Origin: an uncultured Chromatiales bacterium
GTDB lineage: Bacteria > Pseudomonadota > Gammaproteobacteria > SZUA-140
NCBI GenBank assembly: GCA_964546765.1
Contig: CAZJKV010000001.1
Location: 1-61,280, forward strand
DNA length: 61,280 nucleotides
Direction: 5' to 3'
Shown here in pieces: positions 1 to 7,768 of the stretch (its first letter is position 1; each line of letters opens with the position of its first letter). Below the pieces are notes generated by a model. It was not told where the DNA came from. It saw only the letters and a program-made list of their open reading frames with translations, and did no database searches. Made by a program: the position numbers and the translations under genes.

Positions 1-1
1 G

Positions 2-265
2 CCGGACAGCGCCGGCGCCTGGATCGGGCTCGGCAACCACCGTTTCCGGCACGGAGAACACGAGGCCGCCGCGCAGGCGTTCCTGCGCCTGTTGGCGGCC
101 CTGCCCGGCTATCCCCCCGCCCTCAACAATCTCGCCTTCACCCTGGCCCGCATGGGACGGCTCGAAGAGGCTGAGGCCTATGCGGAACAGGCGCTGGCGG
201 CCGATCCGGAAGACGCGCGCTACCGTGAAACCCTGGACGGCATCCGGCGCGAACTCGGCCGGTGA
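2..265 (+). CDS. TPR-repeat protein, C-terminal fragment (5' end outside the window)
   Basis: The frame is open from the window edge to TGA at 263-265. The translation ...YPPALNNLAFTLARMGRLEEAEAYAEQALAADPEDARYRETLDGIRRELGR has TPR-like character. It is absent from the ORF track because it has no start codon. Confidence 0.6.
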   Translation, partial: PDSAGAWIGLGNHRFRHGEHEAAAQAFLRLLAALPGYPPALNNLAFTLARMGRLEEAEAYAEQALAADPEDARYRETLDGIRRELGR

Positions 266-344
266 GTGCTTGAAATAAGACCCGTAACGGGCTAAATTGG
301 TCTGGTCTTTAGACAGGATCTAACTTTAGGCGGAGGGTAGCATC

Positions 345-764
345 ATGGCACTCAAGGGCAGCAAGACCGAAGACAACCTGAAGGCTGCATTCTCAGGCGA
401 ATCCCAGGCCAACCGGCGATACCTCTATTTCGCGGCCAAGGCCGACGTCGAGGGCTATAACGACGTGTCCGCGGTGTTTCGTTCCACTGCAGAGGGCGAG
501 ACCGGCCATGCGCACGGGCACCTCGAATACCTCGAGGCCGTCGGCGATCCCGCGACCGGTCTCCCGATCGGCGACACCACGAAGAACCTGAAGGCCGCGA
601 TCGCCGGCGAGACCCACGAGTACACCGATATGTATCCCGGAATGGCGAAGACAGCCCGCGACGAAGGCTTCGACGAGATCGCGGACTGGTTCGAGACCCT
701 CGCGAAGGCGGAACGCTCGCACGCGAACCGGTTCCAGAAAGCGCTCGATACCCTCGGCAAATAA
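345..764 (+). CDS. Rubrerythrin-family diiron (ferritin-like) protein without a rubredoxin domain
   Basis: 139 aa. It begins [23 protein letters not shown] and carries paired E...ExxH-type motifs ([31 protein letters not shown]) typical of rubrerythrin/erythrin. A GGAGGG RBS lies upstream. Confidence 0.85.
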   Translation: MALKGSKTEDNLKAAFSGESQANRRYLYFAAKADVEGYNDVSAVFRSTAEGETGHAHGHLEYLEAVGDPATGLPIGDTTKNLKAAIAGETHEYTDMYPGMAKTARDEGFDEIADWFETLAKAERSHANRFQKALDTLGK

Positions 765-831
765 GGCCTCGCCTGCCCCCGGTCCAGCGAGCGGGGTCAG
801 GCGTCGGCATCCATCCGCACAGGGAGTCGCA

Positions 832-2181
832 ATGTCAGACGGCGTGCGTGAACAACCGCGCGAGGGCAGCCTCGAAGCGCCTACGCGTCACCCGCTCGAC
901 TGGCAGGCCCCGGACTTTTACAGCGAACCCGCGCTCTTCGCCGAACTCGAGCGTGTTTTCGACATCTGTCACGGCTGCCGCCGCTGCTTCAGTCTCTGCA
1001 ATGCCTTCCCGACCCTGTTCGACGCGATCGACGCGTCGGACACGATGGAACTCGACGGCGTCGACCGGCAGGCGTTCTGGAACGTGGTCGATCATTGCTA
1101 CCTGTGCGATATGTGCTACATGACCAAGTGCCCCTATGTGCCGCCGCACGAGTGGAATATCGATTTCCCGCACCTGATGTTGCGGGCCAAGGCAGTGAAG
1201 TTCAGGAAGAGGGGATACCGGTTCAGGGACAAGCTGCTGAGTTCGACCGATCTCGTCGGCAACCTTGCCGGCATCCCGGTGATCGCGCAGGTGGTTAATG
1301 CAGCGAGCCGCAATCGCGGCGCCCGCAAATTGCTCGACAAGACGCTCGGCGTTCATCCGGACGCACATCTGCCTGAATATCACAGCGATACGCTGCGCAA
1401 GCGGGCCGCGCGGCGCGCGTCAGCGCCGGCAGAGGCGGTCGCGAGCAATGATACGCGCGGCCGGGTCGCGCTGTTCGCGACCTGCTACGGAAACCGCAAC
1501 GAACCCGGACTCGGCGAGGACCTGATCCGGATCCTCGAGCATAACGGGGTTCCGGTGACGCTGCTCAATGACGAGCGTTGCTGCGGCATGCCGAAGCTGG
1601 AGATCGGTGATCTCGACGCGGTCCGGCGCGCGCGCGACTTCAACATCCCGCGTCTCGCGCGCATCGTCGACGAGGGGTGGGACATCGTCGCGCCGGTGCC
1701 GTCCTGTGTTCTGATGCTGAAGCATGAATATCCGCTGCTGTTTCCCGACGACGAGGATGTGAAAAGGGTCGCGCGCGCGACCCGCGATCCATTCGAATAT
1801 CTGATGCTCCGTCACAGGTCCGGCCTGCTCCGCACCGATTTCAGTCAGCAGCTCGGCAGCATCGTCTATCACATGCCCTGTCACTTGCGGGTGCAGAACA
1901 TCGGCTACAAGACGCGCGACATACTGCATCTGGTGCCGGGTACCAAGGTCGAGGTCGTCGAGCGCTGCTCGGGTCACGACGGCACCTATGGCGTCAAGCG
2001 CGAGACATTCGATGCCGCGACCAGGATCGGGCGGCCGGTCGTCAAGCGTGTCCTGGACGCCGATCCCGATCACTATGCGAGCGATTGTCCGATCGCGGGG
2101 CACCACATCGGAAACGGATTGAAGGACGGAGCGCCGATGCATCCGCTGACCCTTCTTCGTATCGCCTACGGGATCACGTGA
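832..2181 (+). CDS. (Fe-S)-binding oxidoreductase with CCG domains (HdrD/GlpC-like, heterodisulfide-reductase related)
   Basis: 449 aa. It has two ferredoxin-type Cys clusters (CHGCRRCFSLCNAFP, CYLCDMCYMTKCPY) and C-terminal CCG-type motifs (CCGMPK). Confidence 0.8.
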   Translation: MSDGVREQPREGSLEAPTRHPLDWQAPDFYSEPALFAELERVFDICHGCRRCFSLCNAFPTLFDAIDASDTMELDGVDRQAFWNVVDHCYLCDMCYMTKCPYVPPHEWNIDFPHLMLRAKAVKFRKRGYRFRDKLLSSTDLVGNLAGIPVIAQVVNAASRNRGARKLLDKTLGVHPDAHLPEYHSDTLRKRAARRASAPAEAVASNDTRGRVALFATCYGNRNEPGLGEDLIRILEHNGVPVTLLNDERCCGMPKLEIGDLDAVRRARDFNIPRLARIVDEGWDIVAPVPSCVLMLKHEYPLLFPDDEDVKRVARATRDPFEYLMLRHRSGLLRTDFSQQLGSIVYHMPCHLRVQNIGYKTRDILHLVPGTKVEVVERCSGHDGTYGVKRETFDAATRIGRPVVKRVLDADPDHYASDCPIAGHHIGNGLKDGAPMHPLTLLRIAYGIT

Positions 2182-2185
2182 GGCG

Positions 2186-2800
2186 ATGAAACCCGAGGGG
2201 ACCAATGGCGGTGTGCGCAGGCGACTGTCGCGTGATGATCTGTATTCGCTCGAGGCCTATGCGAGGATACGGCCGGAGTTTCGTGCGCGGGTCATCGCGC
2301 ACAAGAAGTATCGCCGCGTACAGGTCGGTCCGCACGCGGCGCTCTATTTCGAGGACGACCTGACGATCCAGTACCAGGTTCAGGAGATGCTGCGCACAGA
2401 GCGGATCTTCGAGGCCGATGGCATCGATGAGGAACTCGAGGTCTACAATCCCCTGATCCCCGACGGTACCAACCTCAAGGCGACGTTCATGCTCGAATAT
2501 GCGGATCCGGCACAGCGTCACGAGGCGCTGGTGCGGCTGGTCAATATCGAGGATCGTGTGTGGCTGCAGGTCGCCGGTGCCGCGCCGGTATATGCGATCG
2601 CCGACGAGGATCTCGAACGCGAGACCGCGGAGAAGACCTCGGCAGTGCATTTCCTGCGTTTCGAGCTCGATGCCGGCATGATCGCGGCGCTGAAGGACGG
2701 CGCTGCGCTCGAGATAGGCATCGATCACGACGCCTGTCGTTACCGCACCGGGGCGTTACCGGACGACATCCGCCGGGCGCTCGTCGCAGACCTGGACTAG
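2186..2800 (+). CDS. DUF3501-family protein
   Basis: 204 aa, starting 4 nt after the Fe-S protein stop. Sequence character and the neighbourhood (rubrerythrin plus CCG Fe-S protein) fit the DUF3501 family as I recall it. No HMM was run. Confidence 0.65.
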   Translation: MKPEGTNGGVRRRLSRDDLYSLEAYARIRPEFRARVIAHKKYRRVQVGPHAALYFEDDLTIQYQVQEMLRTERIFEADGIDEELEVYNPLIPDGTNLKATFMLEYADPAQRHEALVRLVNIEDRVWLQVAGAAPVYAIADEDLERETAEKTSAVHFLRFELDAGMIAALKDGAALEIGIDHDACRYRTGALPDDIRRALVADLD

Positions 2801-3396
2801 TAACTCCGTAACTGCCCGACCACGACTCCCTGGATCGTCACGCGCTCAGCGCTGTAGATCAGCGGCGGGATCGCGCTGTTCGCGGCGATCAACATTATGT
2901 TGCCGTCGCTGCGGCGCTTCAGGCGTTTCAAGGTGGTCTCCTGACTGTCTATCAGCGCAACGACGATGTCGTCGTCACGGGCCGCCATCCCCTGGCGGAT
3001 GATTACAGGGTCGCCGTCTAGGATGCCGGCCTCGATGATCGAGTCGCCGCGGACCTGCAGCGCGTATCTATCGGGACCGAGCAGGAAGGCGGCGAGATCG
3101 AGGGAGTCCTGTCCGGGGATCGCCTCGATCGGCCGGCCGGCCGCGATGCGGCCGAGCAGCGGCAGGGTGTAGGCCGAGGAGGCGACGCCTTCCGCAAGCC
3201 GGATGCCGCGCTTGCGCCCCGGCTGCAGCGTGACCGCGCCGGCTTCCACGAGCGCGTGGACATGTCGATGGACCACCCCACGCGAACGTATACCGATTCC
3301 GAGCGCGATCTCGGCCAGGCTCGGCGCGTGTCCGTGTTGCAGGCAATGGCGGCGTATGAAATTGAGGGTTTTCTGTTGTGCGCGGGTCAGCATCAC
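2797..3396 (-). CDS. lexA: LexA repressor (winged-helix DNA-binding domain plus S24 autopeptidase)
   Basis: 199 aa. N-terminus MLTRAQQKTLNFIRRHCLQHGHAPSLAEIA..., and a C-terminal S24-like region (VRGDSIIEAGILDGDPVIIRQ ... VVALIDSQETTLKRL). The start is GTG at 3396 or ATG at 3393. Confidence 0.9.
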   Translation of the reverse strand: MMLTRAQQKTLNFIRRHCLQHGHAPSLAEIALGIGIRSRGVVHRHVHALVEAGAVTLQPGRKRGIRLAEGVASSAYTLPLLGRIAAGRPIEAIPGQDSLDLAAFLLGPDRYALQVRGDSIIEAGILDGDPVIIRQGMAARDDDIVVALIDSQETTLKRLKRRSDGNIMLIAANSAIPPLIYSAERVTIQGVVVGQLRSY

Positions 3397-3398
3397 CT

Positions 3399-3413
3399 GT
3401 TCCCGTTATGTTC
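3399..3413 (-). promoter_or_regulatory. Candidate LexA operator, a GAAC-N7-GAAC direct repeat (GTTCccgttatGTTC on the + strand)
   Basis: The exact motif GTTC-N7-GTTC lies at 3399-3413. That is 3-6 nt upstream of the lexA start and just downstream of the predicted -10 element. Confidence 0.4.
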
Positions 3414-3423
3414 TCACCTAGAG

Positions 3424-3452
3424 ATGATAGGCGACATCAGGAGAACAATCAA
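3424..3452 (-). promoter_or_regulatory. Candidate sigma70 promoter of lexA (TTGATT-17 nt-TATCAT on the - strand)
   Basis: On the + strand, aatcaa lies at 3447-3452 and atgata at 3424-3429, with a 17-nt spacer. Both sit in the 75-nt gap between the glrR stop and the lexA start. Confidence 0.4.
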
Positions 3453-3471
3453 GGATCAGACCCTTTTGATC

Positions 3472-4845
3472 TCAGGACGTGGTGGCCTTGCTGTTGCGGA
3501 ACGTGACCGGGTCGAGGTGATAGCGGTGGAGGAGCTTGTAGAGTTCAGTGCGGTTGCGCTGTGCGAGCCGGGCGGCCTGGGTGATGTTGCCGTTGGTCAT
3601 CTTCAGCAGGCGCGTCAGGTATTCGCGCTCGAAGTTGTTGCGTGCCGAGGACAGCGAGGGCAGCGCCCCGCTCTTGTGGCGCAGCGCACGTTGCACCAGG
3701 CTCGCCGGAATCACCGGTGTCGTCGACAGGGTTGCCGAATATTCGACGACGTTCTGGAGCTGGCGCACATTGCCGGGCCACGGCGCGGTGACCAGGCGTT
3801 CCATCGCCTCGGCGGAAAACGACTTCGCCTCGGTCGCGCCGTTTCCGGCGAGGTCCCTGAGAAAGTGCGCTACCAGCAGCGGGATGTCTTCCGGTCGCTC
3901 GCGTAACGGCGGGATGTCGAGACGCACCACGTTCAGCCGGTAGTAGAGGTCCTCGCGAAATTTGCCCGACTTGACGAGTTCGTCGAGATCACTGTGGCTG
4001 GCGGAGATGATGCGCACGTCGACTGGTTCGTTGTACGTCGCGCCGACCGGCCGGACCTCCTTTTCCTCGAGCACGCGCAGCAGCTTGGATTGCAGCGCCG
4101 GCGGCATGTCACCGATTTCATCCAGAAACAGCGTGCCGCCGTTCGCGGCCTGAAACAGCCCGGCGTGATCCTTGTGCGCGTTCGTGAACGACCCGCGGAC
4201 ATGGCCGAACAGCTCCGATTCGAGCAGCAGTTCCGGGATCGCGCTGCAGTTGACTGCGAGGAAGGGGCGATCGCGGCGCGTTCCGGCCTTATGGATCGCG
4301 CGCGCGAGCAACTCCTTGCCGGTGCCGCTCTCGCCGTGGATCAGCACGCCGGCGCTGCTTTCGGCAAAGCGCCGGGTCTGTTTCAGCAACTCTTCCATCG
4401 CGGCATTACGGGTAATGATATCGCTGCGCCATTCGTCGCGCCGCGCGAGGGCATCGGGATCGCCCGCCGGGATGCCGCTGAGTCGCAGCGCCTTGTCTAC
4501 ATGGTCCAGCAGCGTCTTGCTGTCGAAAGGCTTGGTCAGGAAAGTGAATACGCCGCGTTTGGTCGCATCGACAGCCTCGGGGATCGTGCCGTGAGCGGTC
4601 AATATGATCACGGGCAGCGTCGAGAAGCGCTCATGGATGATGTCGAACAGCGCCATGCCGTCCATGCCGCCCATGCGCAGGTCGGTGACGACGACCTGGG
4701 GCGCCTCGTTGTTGAGCTGGGCCAGCGCATTTTCCGCGCTGTCCGCGGTCGTGACTGACCACCCGGCCGAAGAGAGCCGGATAGCGAGCAGTCTGAGCAG
4801 ATCGGCGTCGTCGTCGACGACCAGTATACGGGGGCGTTGTGTCAT
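3472..4845 (-). CDS. glrR: Sigma54-dependent response regulator (REC, AAA+ sigma54-interaction and Fis-type HTH domains), GlrR/QseF-like
   Basis: 457 aa. REC domain (ILVVDDD...TDLRMGGMDG), Walker A GESGTGKE, a GAFTGA-variant loop (GSFTNA) and ESELFGH. The symbol rests on the HK-lipoprotein-RR gene order. Confidence 0.75.
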   Translation of the reverse strand: MTQRPRILVVDDDADLLRLLAIRLSSAGWSVTTADSAENALAQLNNEAPQVVVTDLRMGGMDGMALFDIIHERFSTLPVIILTAHGTIPEAVDATKRGVFTFLTKPFDSKTLLDHVDKALRLSGIPAGDPDALARRDEWRSDIITRNAAMEELLKQTRRFAESSAGVLIHGESGTGKELLARAIHKAGTRRDRPFLAVNCSAIPELLLESELFGHVRGSFTNAHKDHAGLFQAANGGTLFLDEIGDMPPALQSKLLRVLEEKEVRPVGATYNEPVDVRIISASHSDLDELVKSGKFREDLYYRLNVVRLDIPPLRERPEDIPLLVAHFLRDLAGNGATEAKSFSAEAMERLVTAPWPGNVRQLQNVVEYSATLSTTPVIPASLVQRALRHKSGALPSLSSARNNFEREYLTRLLKMTNGNITQAARLAQRNRTELYKLLHRYHLDPVTFRNSKATTS

Positions 4846-5465
4846 GGGAGTGTCCTGATGATCTCTGTACTGTCTCGTTCGCGCAGTTGCTGTTCGATCG
4901 CCTTCAGTTCGTCGAGCTTGTGCTGCAATTCCTCGTTTTGAGACGTCAATTGTGCCATCAATCGTTCCCTTTCTTCCAGCAGATGCAGCACGATACCGGC
5001 GAACGGCAGGAGATTGCCCTCGTTGCTGCCCTTGTCCTGCTGCGTGAGCCAGTCGTCGAGCTCGTCGCGCAGCGCGTCGTAGGCGCCGGGCCGCTCTGGC
5101 GCTGTCAGGGCTGCGAGCAGGGCGAGGTGGATCAGGTTCGGGCCGGTCGGATCTGCCTGACGGTTCGCTTCCACCCGGGTATATTCCAGGTCCTGCGCCT
5201 CAGGGGACAGCGCGAGATAATGCTCCGCCTGACGCAACAGGATGCCCTGAATGTCGGGTATCGGCGACGGCTCGCCGTTCACGGAGAGGTCGCCGTCGAC
5301 CGTGTCCCTGCCCGCCGGAGGCGAAGGTGCGACCGGACCTTCGGCAGGATGCCCTTCGATATCCGTTGGCTCCTTTGCCGACCACCAGCGAAAATCGACA
5401 GTGCTGCACGCGCCAAGCGCGAACGCGAGGGCGATGGCGATCAGGATTTCAGCCGTATGACGCAT
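4842..5465 (-). CDS. QseG-like lipoprotein between kinase and regulator
   Basis: I trimmed the 293-aa track ORF to the Met at 5465, giving MRHTAEILIAIALAFALGAC (signal peptide plus lipobox LGAC). It has an ATGA overlap with the glrR start and a 17-nt overlap with the glrK end. Its position matches E. coli qseG (yfhG). Confidence 0.6.
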   Translation of the reverse strand: MRHTAEILIAIALAFALGACSTVDFRWWSAKEPTDIEGHPAEGPVAPSPPAGRDTVDGDLSVNGEPSPIPDIQGILLRQAEHYLALSPEAQDLEYTRVEANRQADPTGPNLIHLALLAALTAPERPGAYDALRDELDDWLTQQDKGSNEGNLLPFAGIVLHLLEERERLMAQLTSQNEELQHKLDELKAIEQQLRERDSTEIIRTLP

Positions 5466-6897
5466 CTGCAGGTGTCTTGCCGGGCAGGGTGAGCCGAAAG
5501 TGCGCGCCGGGACTGTCGTCGACGACCTCGATCGTGCCGTGGTGGAGATTGACGAATTCCCGGGTGATCGACAAACCGAGTCCGCTGCCCTTGACCGGGC
5601 CAGTCGATTGCGCTCGTCCCTGGTAGAAGGCATCGAAGACCCTGTCCCGCTCGTCGGAGTCGATACCGGGCCCCTGATCACGGACATCCACGACTGCGCA
5701 GTCGTCGCGTCGCGCCAGCGCAATGTCGATCACGCCCTTGACGGGGGAATACTTTACGGCATTGGAGATCAAATTGTCCACAATACTGCAGAGCTTTTCC
5801 CGGTCGCCGTCGATGACGACCGGATCGAGCTTGAGCCGTAATTCGATAGACTTCGTCTTCGCCGCAAGCTTGTAACCGGTCGCGATGGTCCGTATCAGCT
5901 GGTCGAGCGCAATCGGTTCCGCGTTGATACGCAGGGCGGTCCGGTCGAGCGTGCTGAAATTCAGCAGATCCTCTATCAGTTTTTGCAGGCGCAGGCTGTT
6001 TTGCTTCAGCATGTGCGCAATTTCCATCTGTTCGGCATTCAGCGTGCCGACCAGTTGCTCATTGAGCAGGTCGCTGCCTTCACGGATCGTCGTCAGCGGG
6101 GTCTTCAACTCGTGTGACATGTGCCTCAGGAACATGAGCTTCTGGTTTTCAAGCAGCTGGATCCGGCGACGCATCCACTCGAGGCGGCTACCGAGTTCGC
6201 GCAGGTCGTTCGGGCCGCCGACCGTGATCTCCTCGTCGAAACGCCCGTCGCCAAGCCGGCGTATCGCCTGATGCAGCTGGCGCATCGGCTTGATGACCAG
6301 GACGATGAACAGCGCGGTCAGGATCGTCACCACCGGTATCAGACCCATCGTCTGCCAGAACAGCAGTTGCTGTGCGCGACCGGCCAGGCGCTGCATTTCA
6401 GCGACGCTTTCGGAGATGGACTGGCTGCTCTCGCCGAGGATCGCGCGCGCCGAGGAATTGATCGACGGGAAGGATTCGACCGCCGCGGCGACCGCGACCG
6501 ATTCGGGTTCGTCGTCGCTCAGGCGTTCGTAAATCATTTGCTCGCGCGTGGCGAGATTCTCGAGCATCTCCTGTTGCGCCGGGACGCGGGTCAGGCGCCG
6601 CAGTTCGGCGGCGATCTGCTGGAACTGCAGATGACGCTCGCGATAGGCCTCGAGCAACGCCGGGTCGTTCAGCACCTGGAACTGCCGCGCGCTGCGCTCC
6701 ATCGCGATGATATGCTCGACCAGCATGCGGCTCGACTGGGTAGCGGTTACTGCCTCAAACACGCTGCGCTGGCCGTGGCGGGTCAGCTGGTCGACGTAGA
6801 CTGCCGCGGTGATCAGCGCCAGGATCAGCGGCACGGTGACGACGACAAAGCTGATCAGGATCAGTTGCAGGATCGATCTGGTGCGAAAGAAGTTCAC
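5449..6897 (-). CDS. glrK: Sensor histidine kinase (2 TM, HAMP, HisKA, HATPase_c), GlrK/QseE-like
   Basis: 482 aa. H-box FLRHMSHELKTPLT, N/G boxes (NLISNAVKYSP, DQGPGI, GSGLGLSI) and two hydrophobic segments. GTG start. Confidence 0.75.
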   Translation of the reverse strand: MNFFRTRSILQLILISFVVVTVPLILALITAAVYVDQLTRHGQRSVFEAVTATQSSRMLVEHIIAMERSARQFQVLNDPALLEAYRERHLQFQQIAAELRRLTRVPAQQEMLENLATREQMIYERLSDDEPESVAVAAAVESFPSINSSARAILGESSQSISESVAEMQRLAGRAQQLLFWQTMGLIPVVTILTALFIVLVIKPMRQLHQAIRRLGDGRFDEEITVGGPNDLRELGSRLEWMRRRIQLLENQKLMFLRHMSHELKTPLTTIREGSDLLNEQLVGTLNAEQMEIAHMLKQNSLRLQKLIEDLLNFSTLDRTALRINAEPIALDQLIRTIATGYKLAAKTKSIELRLKLDPVVIDGDREKLCSIVDNLISNAVKYSPVKGVIDIALARRDDCAVVDVRDQGPGIDSDERDRVFDAFYQGRAQSTGPVKGSGLGLSITREFVNLHHGTIEVVDDSPGAHFRLTLPGKTPADASYG

Positions 6898-6926
6898 GCC
6901 CGGGGGGTCAGTTCCCCATTATTACC

Positions 6927-7196
6927 TTATCGCCTGCGTCCGCCGCCGCGGCGGCGATCGCCTTCGTCGAAGCGTACCCGCAGAAACTTGCCGCCGTAGG
7001 ATTTGCCGTCGAGCCCCGCGATCGCCGCGCGCGCCTCATGCCCCTCCATCTCGACGAAGCCGAAACCGCGGCACTGGCGGCTGAACACGTCGGTTGCAAG
7101 CTGGACCGAGCGGACGGTGCCGTATTCCGAGAACAGTCTGCCGACCGCTTCTTCCGAGGCATCGTTGGGCAGGTTGCTGACGAACATTTTCTTCAC
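6927..7196 (-). CDS. RRM-type RNA-binding protein with an RGG-rich tail
   Basis: 89 aa. RNP-2-like MFVSNL, RNP-1-like CRGFGFVEM and a C-terminal DRRRGGGRRR. The start is GTG at 7196 or ATG at 7187. Confidence 0.85.
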   Translation of the reverse strand: MKKMFVSNLPNDASEEAVGRLFSEYGTVRSVQLATDVFSRQCRGFGFVEMEGHEARAAIAGLDGKSYGGKFLRVRFDEGDRRRGGGRRR

Positions 7197-7307
7197 TGTA
7201 TGTTTCTCCGGGGTGTTGGGGACATGTCGCGCCGTCCCCGCGCGGGGCGGTAGTACGGCGCCCCGCGGCGGATAGCCACGGGGCGCCTTGTCAGGTGTGA
7301 TTCTGGA

Positions 7308-7514
7308 TCAGGACTGGACGTTGACCTGGGTCGCCTGCGGGCCTTTCGCACCGACCTCGACTTCGTAGGAAACGCTCTGGCCTTCCTGCAGGGTCTTGAA
7401 GCCGCCGCTCTGGATCGCGGAGTAGTGGACGAAAACGTCCGCGCCGCCGTCCGCCGGGGAGATGAAGCCGTAACCCTTGGATTCATTGAACCACTTGACA
7501 GTACCTGTATTCAT
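7308..7514 (-). CDS. Cold-shock protein, CspA family
   Basis: 68 aa: [34 protein letters not shown], with canonical RNP1/RNP2 motifs of the cold-shock domain. Confidence 0.95.
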   Translation of the reverse strand: MNTGTVKWFNESKGYGFISPADGGADVFVHYSAIQSGGFKTLQEGQSVSYEVEVGAKGPQATQVNVQS

Positions 7515-7719
7515 CTAGATCACCTCTGTATAGCTGTGACTTTGGGACTTCAATCGCATGCTGGCTCGGGAAGCTACAGAAGATACTGCGCGGGAACTTC
7601 TGATTGGATCTGGAGACGTGCGATTGAATCTACCTTGCCGATGCAGCGGACCCATGTCTATTCGTGGCCGTTGGTCGGTCGTGTTCGCCCGCCGCCGCGG
7701 GCCGGGCAAACCCATGGAA

Positions 7720-7748
7720 ACTATACGGCCAAGGTCCCGGCATTGCAA
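7720..7748 (-). promoter_or_regulatory. Candidate sigma70 promoter for the csp gene (TTGCAA-17 nt-TATAGT), implying a 5' UTR of about 200 nt
   Basis: On the + strand, ttgcaa lies at 7743-7748 and actata at 7720-7725, with an exactly 17-nt spacer. The site lies just past the stop of the upstream ATPase gene. Confidence 0.5.
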
Positions 7749-7768
7749 GGATTGCAGCGGGCGGCCGT

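Noticed and set aside
266-344. Possible PerR/Fur-type operator upstream of the rubrerythrin gene (ctaaattggtctggtctttag)
   Set aside because: It has only 5-bp symmetric ends and no resemblance to the AT-rich Fur/PerR consensus. That is too weak to report.
5466-5723. N-terminal 86 codons of the 293-aa track ORF 4842..5723
   Set aside because: This part overlaps the 3' end of glrK in another frame. A Met at 5465 gives a textbook lipoprotein signal peptide, so the short form is preferred.
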